Shown one piece after another: positions 27,701-36,606 of a DNA stretch of 64,000 bases. The number at the start of each line of letters is the position of its first letter. Position 1 is the first letter of the stretch. A program made the position numbers and the translations under genes. The notes below the pieces were generated by a model. That model saw nothing but the letters and a program-made list of their open reading frames with translations. It did no database searches and was not told the origin of the DNA. This stretch comes from a virus (lineage: Duplodnaviria > Caudoviricetes): positions 22,043-86,042 of the IMG/VR virus record IMGVR_UViG_2513237100_000001; one strand, 5' to 3'.

Positions 27701-30109
27701 GTTGTCGGTGATCGCCCCGTTGGACTCACGGAGCGCCGCCGTGAGGCCTTCCACGGATGCCTTGTGCTGGGACGCGGCTGCGGCAGCGTCCTGCTGGGCG
27801 CTCAGGTACGTGCCGAGGAGCATTGTCGCCCCAGTCAAGGCCAGGCCCCACGGCCCGCCAAGCGCCCCGGTCAGGCCGCTCATCGCACTTCGCGCCCCGG
27901 TGCTGGCCGCTGCGGTTACCCCCCGGAGGGTGCTCGTGAACCGGTTGCCTTGCGCGGACGCGGTACGGAACGCGCTACCCATGGCCCCGATCGCGGGTAC
28001 CCGGGCTTGGAGAACAGCCATGGCCGCCCCGTACCGGGTGAGGGACTGGCCGGCGGAGGCGGCCAGCGTGCGCTGGACAGTCATCTGCTGGTTCAGGGAC
28101 CGGTAGGCGCCGGTGAGGCGGCCGCCGACAGTGCCAGCGAGGCCTTGGGCCATGGGGCCGACGCGGCGCATGAGGAGCATTGCCAGGACCGCAGCCTGGA
28201 CGGGGCCGGGGAGGGCGGCGAAGCCGGAGACGAGTCCGCCGACCGCGCTACCAATCGGGACGAGGACGCCGGACAGGGCGGACACGGCGCGCGCGGCGGA
28301 GTCGAGGACGAACACGAGGATGTCGAGACTGCTGGCGGCGCCGCTGCCTTCCCCGGCCACCTCGCCGAGCGCGGACACGACCGGCTCCACGCCCTTTGCC
28401 AGGTTCTTCAGGACGTCTACGACCATCTGCCCGAGTGACAGCAGGACGTGGAGGGCGGACGCGGCCGCGTCCGTACCCAGCTCCTTGAACGGGTCGAGCA
28501 TGTCCTTTGCTGCGTCACCGATGTCGCCGAACTCGCGGCGGGCGGCTGCGGCAACGTCCGGCCCGAACAGAGTCGCGGCGTCGTTGAAGTGCTTGAAGAA
28601 CTTCTCGATCTTGGGTGTGGCGTCAGAGATCCACCCGGTGACACCTCGGATCATGTACTCCAGGCCGGGCGCTAGGCCCGTGTACAGGGCAAGACCGGCC
28701 TGCTCGGACTTCGCCTTGAGTTGGACCATGGCACCGGCAAGACCCTTACCCTTGGCTGCCGCAACATCGGTGGCCGCCCCTACACGATGGGTAGACACCA
28801 TCAACGAATCGAAACTGTCCACCCCTTGGTGAGCAAGAGCTGCCATTCCCTGGACAGCAGGCTTACCGAAAGCCTTTGTTATGGCAGCGGTAAAGTCCTT
28901 GTTTGTTAGATTGTGCTGGGCATCCGACAAACGCTCAATCATGTATCGAAGGCCCTTGAACTTGCCTTCGGTGGTCCACGCCTCAATTCCCATAGCCTTG
29001 AGGCCCTGGACCATCATGGGAGTCGGCTTGGACAGGTTGGTAAACATGGCACGCAGGCTGGTACCTGCGGTCTGCCCCAAAATTCCGGCCTTGCCGAGCA
29101 TCCCTACGGCGCTGGCCGCTTCCTGCATCGTTACGCCAAGGTGGTTAGCGAGCGGCCCGGCGTACTTCATGGCGTAGTAAATGTCCGTGATGGACCCGGA
29201 CGCAGAGTTTGCCGTAGCAGCAAGGGTGTCGGCAGCAACGCTTGCCTTGTCAGCCCCCATTCCGAACTGGTCCATCATGTCGCCCAAATACCTGGCAGAC
29301 ATAGAAGCAGACACTTGGGCGGCGGAAGCAAGAACCAGCGCTGACCGAGTAGACGAGATTGCCTGGTCGGTTCTGAACCCGGCTTTTGCCAGCTCGACCA
29401 TGGCTTCGGCAGCGTCAGCGGCAGTAGCGGTCGGAATGGTGAGGTCAGCGCCGAGCTGATTAGCTGTGGCTCCGGCCCGCTGCATTTGTACCTGGGACGC
29501 CTGGGTGACCGCGCCGAAGGTACTCATCGCTAGCTGGTACTCGTTGCCGTGCTTGAGCATCCCGGAGAAGCCCATGACGAGGGCCCCGCCGGACATCAGC
29601 GCGGCCAGCCCGGTCAGTTGGTGGCGGAGCCGACCGGACTCGGAGGTCATCTGCCGCAGGCTGCGGGTCCCACCGGACCCGACGCCGCGCATGCCGTGGG
29701 ATGCCCGCTGGGCGGCTTGAGCGAGACGGGTCAGGTCTCGTACAGCGCTGGTGATCTGCCTGGACATGCTGGCCAGGTCCCGGCCGGCAGTGCGGGAGTT
29801 TCCGCCGAGGCTGGTGAGGTGCCGGTTCGCGGTGCGGGCTGCGTCCCCGTACCGGCCGAGGTGGCGTCCGGCGGTGCGGGCGTTGTTGCCGAGGGTGTTG
29901 AGGTGGCGTCCGGTGGTGCGGGCGACGGTACCGAGGGTGCGGATGTGGCGGGTGGCGGTCTGGGATGCCTGCCCGAGGCCCCGCACTTCGGTTTTCGCGG
30001 TGCGAGCCGCAGTACCGAGGGTGCGGGCGTGCTTCGCGGCGCTCTTGAGGGACTGGGCCAGGTCGTTACCGTGACCGCGCAGGTCAACCGAGAGGTTCCA
30101 GTTTGCCAC
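24713..30109 (-). CDS. tape measure protein
   Basis: 1798 aa, Ala-rich, TP901-type core (AAEAMVELAKAG...GQTAGTSLR), two ETGGEAYIPL motifs. Confidence 0.95.
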   Translation of the reverse strand: MANWNLSVDLRGHGNDLAQSLKSAAKHARTLGTAARTAKTEVRGLGQASQTATRHIRTLGTVARTTGRHLNTLGNNARTAGRHLGRYGDAARTANRHLTSLGGNSRTAGRDLASMSRQITSAVRDLTRLAQAAQRASHGMRGVGSGGTRSLRQMTSESGRLRHQLTGLAALMSGGALVMGFSGMLKHGNEYQLAMSTFGAVTQASQVQMQRAGATANQLGADLTIPTATAADAAEAMVELAKAGFRTDQAISSTRSALVLASAAQVSASMSARYLGDMMDQFGMGADKASVAADTLAATANSASGSITDIYYAMKYAGPLANHLGVTMQEAASAVGMLGKAGILGQTAGTSLRAMFTNLSKPTPMMVQGLKAMGIEAWTTEGKFKGLRYMIERLSDAQHNLTNKDFTAAITKAFGKPAVQGMAALAHQGVDSFDSLMVSTHRVGAATDVAAAKGKGLAGAMVQLKAKSEQAGLALYTGLAPGLEYMIRGVTGWISDATPKIEKFFKHFNDAATLFGPDVAAAARREFGDIGDAAKDMLDPFKELGTDAAASALHVLLSLGQMVVDVLKNLAKGVEPVVSALGEVAGEGSGAASSLDILVFVLDSAARAVSALSGVLVPIGSAVGGLVSGFAALPGPVQAAVLAMLLMRRVGPMAQGLAGTVGGRLTGAYRSLNQQMTVQRTLAASAGQSLTRYGAAMAVLQARVPAIGAMGSAFRTASAQGNRFTSTLRGVTAAASTGARSAMSGLTGALGGPWGLALTGATMLLGTYLSAQQDAAAAASQHKASVEGLTAALRESNGAITDNVRTQAAQTLADTKLQSKSIGVNTSLMKVLEKKGHTLQDVTDAYLGQRGSIKGLAAEMDSLAKKELDKGGDGAAKRAVEYGLAAKSLRGMSGDAKAAAKNAKDLDNAITGRSATAYDRLKSAVGALADKTADADSRTRALRDALDLLSGGSVSLQAAQARVNEAITNANDAMASGIDKADGWGKALVSSTGALDTTTKNGQQLYSTLDTIADSSASAAVAAYDFARSQGKTVPQSIAAATKEMQKGRDAVLDLRDQYGLTEKQAAGVADAMGLIPGRVAILLQTEGVDTALAGLLGVQAEFERFPKKKTVKVEALGEEAKKELEDLGYKIDLIPGTREYKITAPTKGARDELDKLIKKLGETNGRTLHMSAPTGKVKQELQSIQEKVKATKGKTLTIKAPTDEARQHLELLGFKIKNTKGKKVIVTVPTGDATRNAATIQNAINNIRGKTVSVLVNYKRTGYDKDANGVPDMVQAPQARGSVLDFYADGGTNRRGIREDHTAQIAPAGAWRVWAEEETGGEAYIPLAASKRGRSRAITEETIRRLGGDPKSVQWHADGAVVAFDSGGFSYTPTGMRRDTSYVQSAYTDSHQPIDKDTYNKKIRARKNAVDGLRSAEAALAALRRRKHTGAQMVAAENRVAKARRTLATATDAARKAEAQYKKKFSLADWQKTLKSAVSANASYEKNLTKIASRGGSDVIEQLRDLGEEGAAMVAALAKASNKQFKDIIANLRKLGPLAKASLADYTKQLNASNKTSTAFQANLAKLASMGYGDLATQLAGQGDEAAQKLAAEAAGNKTKAASANTAAKTAGKTLSGEELEQLIAIIAAVKTSKTGLHAVADTTGLGEDDIVTIANKATAQIKSSLGARATQFLADLARANKGLSYANGGIREGIYATRGGAVTFAEPETGGEAYIPLGASKRRAATNVLKDVAGRFGIGLTDMSATRPVVIVREGGDTHVAVTAVRTGASASDIGAQVGRSVRRARRGGVNARAAA

Positions 30110-30137
30110 CGGTTCCGCCCCTCCCTCTCAGTGCTGT

Positions 30138-30545
30138 TCAGTCGTCGTCTGTGATGCGGTGCCGGTGTCCGGCGAGTTCTCGTTGCGCTTGGAGGGCGGC
30201 GGCCGCCGCTGCGGGGATCAGCCCGACCTTGACGCCGTTCGTGTCGACCCCGTCCCGGCCGAGCTGGTCTTGCCGGTCGGCGATGACCTGGCAGCCGACG
30301 CAGCGTTGGACGGTGACCGCGTAGGCGTCCTCCTGGCCTTCGCCGCCGTGGTCCCAGTCGTCGTACCGGGTGTTGCACTGGGGGCACACGGTCCGCTGGT
30401 ACTCCAGGTAGGCGAGGGCTTTCTCCCGGTCGCGGGCTGTCCAGGTGCCGTCACCGATGCCCCGGAACTGGCTGTGGGGAATGCCCCACCGGTCGCAGAG
30501 GACGAGCTCACCGCGTAGACGCTCATCCCGGATTAGCCTTTTCCC
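30138..30545 (-). CDS. tail assembly chaperone, -1 frameshift extension (gpT-like)
   Basis: Slippery GGGAAAA at 30539-30545 leads into ...GKRLIRDERLRGEL. Confidence 0.8.
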   Translation of the reverse strand, partial: GKRLIRDERLRGELVLCDRWGIPHSQFRGIGDGTWTARDREKALAYLEYQRTVCPQCNTRYDDWDHGGEGQEDAYAVTVQRCVGCQVIADRQDQLGRDGVDTNGVKVGLIPAAAAAALQAQRELAGHRHRITDDD

Positions 30546-31087
30546 AGGTCCATGCGTGCGGCTTCTTGGACGTTCCACGCGGCGTTGAAGAGAGCGGACG
30601 CTTCCGCCTCGGACCAGGTGTCGAGGTACTCGCGGGCGTCATCCGCGGTCATGCCGTCCATGGACGCCTTGGCGATCAGCTCAGGGCCGAGCGACTCGAC
30701 GTTGAGGTCGTGCCCGTCCTCCGCCTGGTCCTCCGTGGCTGGGTGGGCCTTCTTCAGTGCCTCGAATTCCAGCCGGGGCAGCGCTTGGAACCTCAGCACG
30801 ATCGACGCGGCGTCGTACGCCTCCTGCGCGTCGGTCACGTCCTGCTCGGCCTGGGCGACGGCGGTCGGCCCGGTGGAGTCGTCGAGGCGGTCTTCGGCTG
30901 CGGCCTTGATGCGGCGCAGGGTGTGCTTCGCGGACTCCAGGGTGACCCGGAGGTCGAGGTCGTCGCAGATCGTCAGGGCGACGGTGGGCCGGGTGCGGTT
31001 GCGGAGCTTCTCGCGGGTGGCGGCCCAGTGGGCGTCCTTCGCGACAGCTTCGGCGGGCGGGGCGGGGGTGGTGGTCTTGGTGGGCAT
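30533..31087 (-). CDS. tail assembly chaperone (gpG-like)
   Basis: Between major tail and TMP; ends MDLGKG over the slippery site. Confidence 0.85.
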   Translation of the reverse strand: MPTKTTTPAPPAEAVAKDAHWAATREKLRNRTRPTVALTICDDLDLRVTLESAKHTLRRIKAAAEDRLDDSTGPTAVAQAEQDVTDAQEAYDAASIVLRFQALPRLEFEALKKAHPATEDQAEDGHDLNVESLGPELIAKASMDGMTADDAREYLDTWSEAEASALFNAAWNVQEAARMDLGKG

Positions 31088-31187
31088 GGTGGTCCTCCGT
31101 CAGAGGGGAAGGGGGCCCGGCCGGGCGCCGTGCGGCGCCCCTTCCCGAACGTCGTCGGGCCCGGCCGGGAGCAGTGGGGAGCGCGGC

Positions 31188-31670
31188 TCAGCCGCCGCCA
31201 CCGGAAGCGGGCACGGTGGCGTTGAGGAGCGGGCGGTCGGTGATCGCGAACGCCACGTTGATCTTCGCGGCCTCGTTGTCGAGGGTGATCGCCGCACTGT
31301 TGGAGGACACCGTCACCGGGAAGACGTCCATGCCGGGCGACGCGGGGGTCATGCCCTTGCGGCAGACGATGACGAACCCGACGGTGCCCTTCGCGAGGTC
31401 CGACTCGACGTCGGCAAGCTTGTCGTCCTCGTAGAACGTGATGCTGGAGTCCGCCGCCGAGTCGTCGCCGGAGATCTTCGACACGAACGTCGACGCCATG
31501 TCCGGCGTCTCGATCATCTGGTTCTCCAGCGAGAACCCGTCGACCGCGGCGATCTGCCGGCTGTAGTCGGTGGCACCGGTCAGCTCGGCACTGGTCGGCA
31601 TGTATCCCGGATCGGCGATCGTCTCCGCGAAGAGAATCTTCGAGACGCCCTTGCGCTGGAACCTGGCCAT
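31188..31670 (-). CDS. major tail (tube) protein
   Basis: PTSAELTGATD...ETPDMAS...MDVFPV; position. Confidence 0.85.
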   Translation of the reverse strand: MARFQRKGVSKILFAETIADPGYMPTSAELTGATDYSRQIAAVDGFSLENQMIETPDMASTFVSKISGDDSAADSSITFYEDDKLADVESDLAKGTVGFVIVCRKGMTPASPGMDVFPVTVSSNSAAITLDNEAAKINVAFAITDRPLLNATVPASGGGG

Positions 31671-31770
31671 TGGTGGACCCCTTGTCCTCACATGTGGTGT
31701 GGGTGCGGCCACCTGCGTGGTGGCGTCCGCGTGGGGTCCCGCCGCGGTGCGGTAATACGGCCTGACAGGG

Positions 31771-32220
31771 TCAGGCTGGGGTCAGGTCAAACCTGAACCT
31801 CTGTACGTAACTGATGATCCCATCCGTGGGGTCATTCGTTGCCCCCGCTTCGATGTCGAGGGCTCGCCCAATGACGCTGACGCCGGGGATGACGAGGGGG
31901 TGCAGCCACAGTCCGGTGACGGGGTTGCGGCCGAGGAGGGCTTCGCGGGCCTTGTCGGCCATCCACTCGACCTGGTCCGGGTCGCCGACCGTGCCGGGCT
32001 TCGACGGGTCGGGGCCGGACACGGACGTCACCTGGTAGACGGGGGACATGTCGTCGTTGGTGTCGGCGAGCGGCGGCCCGTCAAGAGTGGTGTCGAGGGA
32101 GTACAGCAGGTAGTAGTGCTGGCCGCCGCCGGTGGGCTGTTTGCCTCGGCCGACGGGGCGCCCGCTGGCGGAGGCGAGGAGCGCGGCCAGGGCCATGCTG
32201 ACGGGGCGCCGGAGGATCAC
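31771..32220 (-). CDS. tail terminator-like protein
   Basis: YQVTSVSG...EWMADKAREAL; position. Confidence 0.65.
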   Translation of the reverse strand: MILRRPVSMALAALLASASGRPVGRGKQPTGGGQHYYLLYSLDTTLDGPPLADTNDDMSPVYQVTSVSGPDPSKPGTVGDPDQVEWMADKAREALLGRNPVTGLWLHPLVIPGVSVIGRALDIEAGATNDPTDGIISYVQRFRFDLTPA

Positions 32221-32603
32221 CGGAGGACCTCCGCGACGGCGTACCGCATCTCCATCATCAGCGTCGACCCGATGTACGGGATTGCTGGCCCGACGTGGGC
32301 GAACGGTGGTTGGTTGTAGACGCGGCCGAGGCTGTCTGGGCCGGAGAAGCCGAATTCGAGGCGCCGCCCCTGGGGTGCGTTCGTGCCGATGGTGCACGCC
32401 GCCCCGTACGGCAGGCGTCGTGTCTGCGTCTGCCAGGAGTTGCGGTAGGCGCCGGTGATGACGTTTGGTCCGGGTCTGCCGGATGCGTTGCCTCGGATGC
32501 GGGCACGCCCGAGTTCCCCGGTGTGCTGGACAGCCCGCTGGATAGCGGGGCCTATCTGGGCGGCGGCCTTGTCGAGGCGGGTGGCGAGCTGTTCGGGGGT
32601 CAC
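32217..32603 (-). CDS. HK97 gp10-like tail completion protein
   Basis: TGAYRNSW...IGTNAPQGRRLEFG. Confidence 0.8.
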   Translation of the reverse strand: MTPEQLATRLDKAAAQIGPAIQRAVQHTGELGRARIRGNASGRPGPNVITGAYRNSWQTQTRRLPYGAACTIGTNAPQGRRLEFGFSGPDSLGRVYNQPPFAHVGPAIPYIGSTLMMEMRYAVAEVLR

Positions 32604-33052
32604 GGTGCACCTCCTGCCGCGGCTGCTTGGTTCTGGTCGAGGGGGGTGATGCGTACAACTTCGACGGTTCCGGCGCGGCCGGGGTCTTGGCTGGTCCAGG
32701 ACCGGCCGAGGAGCCCGGTGCGGGCCGGGTCGTGGACGGCGACGACGGTGACGATGGCGTCCTTGGGTGGGATGTGGGCGTTGAGGGGGGTGAGGAGCCG
32801 GTAGCGGGAGGTGGTCTCCTGCACCCATGGGGTGAGCGCCCCGGGGGTGGCGGAGAGTTCCTGGGCGCTGCTGCCTTGTACCGCGCCGGGCCCCTCGTAG
32901 AGCACCTGGTCGTCGGGGTAGTCGAGTTCGCCGGTGTCGGGGTTGAAGACGGGGTCGCCGGTGGCGGGCAGGGTGACACGGACGGTGTCGATGCAGATGT
33001 TGTTTTCTACCCAGGCGACGACTCCGGCGAGCGCCCCGTCGAGCCCGGCCAT
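32600..33052 (-). CDS. DUF6093-like head-closure protein
   Basis: DTVRVT...FNPDTG...LYEGPGAVQ. Confidence 0.75.
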   Translation of the reverse strand: MAGLDGALAGVVAWVENNICIDTVRVTLPATGDPVFNPDTGELDYPDDQVLYEGPGAVQGSSAQELSATPGALTPWVQETTSRYRLLTPLNAHIPPKDAIVTVVAVHDPARTGLLGRSWTSQDPGRAGTVEVVRITPLDQNQAAAAGGAP

Positions 33053-33432
33053 CAGCCCCTCCCCTGCGCCCAGTCGGCGAGCTGCTGGAGCATCGCCACG
33101 GTCAGCTCGTTGGGGCTGCCGTCGAGGTCGTCCCGCTCCAGGGCGGCGCGCGCGAGGGCGGCGGGGTCGATGTTCGCCAGGAACGCGGCTACCAGCTCCC
33201 CTTCGTCCTGCTCGGGGGCGGCGACGGCGACCTGGGCGAGCCCTTCGAAGTCCAGGCCCCGGTGCGGGGCGGTGTGGAGCACGAGGAGTGGGGCGGCACC
33301 AACTTGGTGCTGAAGGTTGTAGCCCTGGAGGGACCGGCTGATGTCGGTTCCGTCGATCTCCACCTTCCCCGTGACACCGTCAGCGGTGATGCGAACGTGG
33401 CGCGGCTCGTCGGCCATGCTCGGGGCATCCAT
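33052..33432 (-). CDS. hypothetical phage protein
   Basis: RHVRITADG..GKVEIDGTDISRSL. Confidence 0.75.
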   Translation of the reverse strand: MDAPSMADEPRHVRITADGVTGKVEIDGTDISRSLQGYNLQHQVGAAPLLVLHTAPHRGLDFEGLAQVAVAAPEQDEGELVAAFLANIDPAALARAALERDDLDGSPNELTVAMLQQLADWAQGRG

Positions 33433-33920
33433 TACAGAGTTACCTCCGGGTCCTCGTCGAGAGGCACGGCCTGCCGAACGCGGCGTTCGACTGTCACGAG
33501 TCCTTCGGTAGGCGCATCTGTGAACCGCTGGCCGTTCTCGTCCCGGCAGTACTCCGTGTACCGAATCTGGCAGGCCCCTTCGTTGTGGTTCACAACCCGC
33601 GAGTGCACGGTGATCGGGGCTCCGGTGAAAACGAACTGCGGGTCGATACTGTTCGCTTCCAACCAGGATCGCACTCGCTGCTTCTGGGCCTTGCTAAGTA
33701 CCTGGCCCGCTTCTATGACGGTGACAATGCGGCGTTGCACGGGGTAGGGCACGGGCTTGGGCCGTGGCGTGGGGGCATGCACAGGGCTGTGACGCATGAG
33801 CCCGCCGTCACCCCAGTGCGTCGTGACTGTGACGACTGCTTCGGCGACGCGCTCACCTTCCTCCATGTCGATCACGAGCCCGAGGGCGTCAAGCTGCGCG
33901 CCGATCTTCTGCTCAGTCAT
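33432..33920 (-). CDS. hypothetical inserted protein
   Basis: MTEQKIGAQLDALG...; lower-GC codons. Confidence 0.65.
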   Translation of the reverse strand: MTEQKIGAQLDALGLVIDMEEGERVAEAVVTVTTHWGDGGLMRHSPVHAPTPRPKPVPYPVQRRIVTVIEAGQVLSKAQKQRVRSWLEANSIDPQFVFTGAPITVHSRVVNHNEGACQIRYTEYCRDENGQRFTDAPTEGLVTVERRVRQAVPLDEDPEVTL

Positions 33921-34030
33921 ACGGAGTCTCCGGATTCGATGTCGGTGCCGTCGATAACGACCTTCCCCATGGCGCCGTCGGCGGTGATACGGACGTGGCG
34001 CGGCTCGTCGGCCATGCTGGGGGCGGTCAT
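33917..34030 (-). pseudogene. 37-aa chimeric remnant
   Basis: MTAPSMADEPRHVRITADGAMGKVVIDGTDIESGDSV: N-terminus of the 33052 gene joined to the C-terminus of the 34987 gene. Confidence 0.75.
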
Positions 34031-34347
34031 GCTGCGTCACCGCCCCGACGGGCGCGGCGCATATGCCTGTCAATCTCGCGGGCCAGCGGCACGTACGCCT
34101 CGCCTTCACCGTTGCTGCACATGAGTACCTGCCGCATACCGGCAGGCTCGTAAGTGGCGCCGCACCACTGGCAGCGGCGGCTGATTCCTTGCACCTTGGC
34201 TGCCGGGTGCCGCCCTCGGCGGTGCAGGTATCGCATGCGGATCGCATAGCACCGTGAGTAGATAGCGGTGAATGCGGTGTACAGCCCGCCGCTCTCCCGC
34301 TTGAAGCTCGGGAGGAAGCGGTACGCCAGCGTCAGAGCGGGGTTCAT
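34027..34347 (-). CDS. hypothetical protein
   Basis: MNPALTLAYRFLPSFK...CQWCG; ATGA coupling. Confidence 0.55.
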   Translation of the reverse strand: MNPALTLAYRFLPSFKRESGGLYTAFTAIYSRCYAIRMRYLHRRGRHPAAKVQGISRRCQWCGATYEPAGMRQVLMCSNGEGEAYVPLAREIDRHMRRARRGGDAA

Positions 34348-34616
34348 GCCGGGGTCCTTTCCGTGCACAGGTCGCAGGTGCAGGCGGCGGCGTCGGCTTC
34401 CACGCCACCGAGCCAGCGGTCGCACTCCTGCATGGCGATGCGGTCTGCTTCACCGCCTCGCACCTGCCCGTTCAGTGCGATCCCGAGGGCGCCTCTCAGG
34501 CCGATGAGTTCGCCGAGAACCTGGGCGCTGGCAAGCGGCGTGTAGTCGGTGCGCGCCTCGATGTGGGTTCGGCGACGGTGGTACTCGCGCAACAGCGCGT
34601 CGCTGATGGCGGTCAT
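34344..34616 (-). CDS. hypothetical protein
   Basis: MTAISDALLREYH...CTCDLC; ATGA coupling. Confidence 0.6.
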   Translation of the reverse strand: MTAISDALLREYHRRRTHIEARTDYTPLASAQVLGELIGLRGALGIALNGQVRGGEADRIAMQECDRWLGGVEADAAACTCDLCTERTPA

Positions 34617-34990
34617 GCGGCACTCTCCGTCAGCAGTGCCGCGTCGTCGGCTCGCAGCAGGTGGTGGGCCAGGTAGTACTCGGCGCGGTGGCCACGCATG
34701 TGCTCCGTGTCGTCGCCCGCCTGAGGTTCGGGCCCCATCTCGGCTGCAAACGCTGAGTCCGGCGGGGCGGTTCGCCAGGCGAGCGTGCACCAGGCGTAGT
34801 AGTCGGCGAAGGTCGGCGACTCGATGGCCTTCTGTGCCCGTCGTACGTAGTGCTGTCGAGCCCGCTCGTCCATCTCGTCCCACGCTGGATGGGCGGGCGC
34901 GGCCCCGGACTGGATCAGTTGGAAGGGGAGGAGCGTGCCCTCATAGAGGGCCTTGGCTGCTACTTCGAGGGCGCGGCTGGGAAGGGTCAT
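34613..34990 (-). CDS. hypothetical protein
   Basis: MTLPSRALEVAAKALYEG...WDEMDERARQHY. Confidence 0.65.
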   Translation of the reverse strand: MTLPSRALEVAAKALYEGTLLPFQLIQSGAAPAHPAWDEMDERARQHYVRRAQKAIESPTFADYYAWCTLAWRTAPPDSAFAAEMGPEPQAGDDTEHMRGHRAEYYLAHHLLRADDAALLTESAA

Positions 34991-35841
34991 GTGGGGTCTC
35001 CTGATTCGATGTCGGTGCGGCCGTTGAGGTCGGGGCGGGGAATCCAGGAACGGATACAGCCGTGGTGGGCGGCGGGGTACATGGACGCGTCGTCGATGCT
35101 GCGGATCGTGCCGTCCGCATGGTCCGTATCGGGGTGTGAGGCGAAGCCGCACTCGCTTCCGTCGACGCACTGCATCCACTGGGCACCCAACTCCCACCGG
35201 GCGGTGTTGATCGCACCCGTGTTCGCGGCCACAACGCCCTGCCACAACAGGGCGGATCGGGCCCACGCCTCTACGGGGTGCCGGGACTGGTCGGCGTAGA
35301 TGACAGTGGTCAGAGGGTGTTCGGCGGCGAGGCGGGGACTGTCGATGCCCTCGTGCTGGCGTCCGGCCGTTACCTCGCGGGCGGCGTCCTGTGCGGCGCG
35401 GGAGAACGCTTGGGCACGCCGCACGGTCTCCTGTACCCGGCGGATCAGGTCGACGTAGAACGTGGCGGTGAGCGGGGTGAGGGCCGCCTGGTGGTCGGTC
35501 GTCCACCGGAACAGGGTCACGTCCCGGCGGGCGCGGCGGAGGGCTTGGAGGGCGCCGTCGCGGTACGCGGTCGGTAGGTCCGTGGCCGCCCACCGCTCGA
35601 CAAGAGCCCTCACCTCACGGTCGAAGCGTGCCACCTGCTGGTTGTAGTCGCGGACCGCCGCCCGGATACGGGGTGTGGCACCCACACCGGGCCGGATCCG
35701 CTCCAGAGCGCGCAGCAGAGCATCCTGCGCGGTGGTGAGGAGCTTCCAGGTACGGACGAGGCGGGTCAGGAGCAGGGCGACCAGGGCAAGGAGTTCCTCA
35801 TGCTGGCCGGTGCGGTCCTGGGTGGGTGTGGGGCTGGTCAT
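34987..35841 (-). CDS. minor capsid / head morphogenesis (MuF-like) protein
   Basis: VIYADQSRHPVEAWA...CVDGSEC...AHHGCIRSW. Confidence 0.7.
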   Translation of the reverse strand: MTSPTPTQDRTGQHEELLALVALLLTRLVRTWKLLTTAQDALLRALERIRPGVGATPRIRAAVRDYNQQVARFDREVRALVERWAATDLPTAYRDGALQALRRARRDVTLFRWTTDHQAALTPLTATFYVDLIRRVQETVRRAQAFSRAAQDAAREVTAGRQHEGIDSPRLAAEHPLTTVIYADQSRHPVEAWARSALLWQGVVAANTGAINTARWELGAQWMQCVDGSECGFASHPDTDHADGTIRSIDDASMYPAAHHGCIRSWIPRPDLNGRTDIESGDPT

Positions 35842-36167
35842 CGGCGTGGCCGCTCAACGAGACGGATGATGCCGAACCCGTTGCCGGTCAGGTCGTCGTC
35901 CGGGTCGTCAGGGGCTGGGGGCTCCCCCGAGATGAGGGCGGCGAGCTGCCGTTCGTACGCCTTAATGGACTCCGTGTACGACACGGACACCACCCCGGTC
36001 ACATTCACCGTGGACGGCTGCCCCCGTAGTTCCGCGAGACGCCCGCGCACAACCTCGATCGCCACTGCCCGGCCGGAGCCGAGACGCTGGTAGCGCTGCT
36101 CCAGGTCCGCGACGTCGGTGCCCTTGCCGAGCTCGGCGAGGAGCCAGGCTTGTACGGCTGTGTCCAC
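35838..36167 (-). CDS. head-tail adaptor-like protein
   Basis: Position after the capsid gene; small helical protein. Confidence 0.6.
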   Translation of the reverse strand: MDTAVQAWLLAELGKGTDVADLEQRYQRLGSGRAVAIEVVRGRLAELRGQPSTVNVTGVVSVSYTESIKAYERQLAALISGEPPAPDDPDDDLTGNGFGIIRLVERPRR

Positions 36168-36255
36168 CAGATCCTCCGGGAGCAGGGGTTAGGAAGGGGT
36201 GCAGGTGCGGGCCCGGCCCTTGGCGCCCCACCAGGGGGGCCGGGCCCGCCTCCGC

Positions 36256-36603
36256 TTACTGGCCGCCGGTACCCTCTGCGGCGGCCGACCGGCCCCGGGC
36301 CGGCTTCTTGGCCGCCGTCTTACGGGCGGCCGGCTTGGTGTCCTCGGAGTCGTCGCTCTCGTCGGACTTGGTGTCAGCGTCGCCCGGGGCCGATGCGTCG
36401 CCAGAGGCGGCGTCCGGGCCGCTTCCGGCACGGCTGCTGTCGCCCCCGGTCTTCGGGAGGTTCGGGAGCTTCCCGTCGACCCAGGCGTCCGGGTTCGTCA
36501 CCAGGGCGGCCAGACGCGGCTCCGGTTCCTCCCCCGCCCGCAGGACGACCGTCGCGTGCCGGTCCGGGTCCCGGACGAACACCGTGTTGCGTAGCGTCGC
36601 CAT
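36256..36603 (-). CDS. capsid-associated small protein
   Basis: LRNTVFVRDP...LRAGEEP...LVTNPDAW. Confidence 0.7.
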   Translation of the reverse strand: MATLRNTVFVRDPDRHATVVLRAGEEPEPRLAALVTNPDAWVDGKLPNLPKTGGDSSRAGSGPDAASGDASAPGDADTKSDESDDSEDTKPAARKTAAKKPARGRSAAAEGTGGQ

Positions 36604-36606
36604 GGC

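Noticed and set aside
26039-28438. 799-aa + strand ORF
   Set aside because: Antisense shadow of the tape measure gene.
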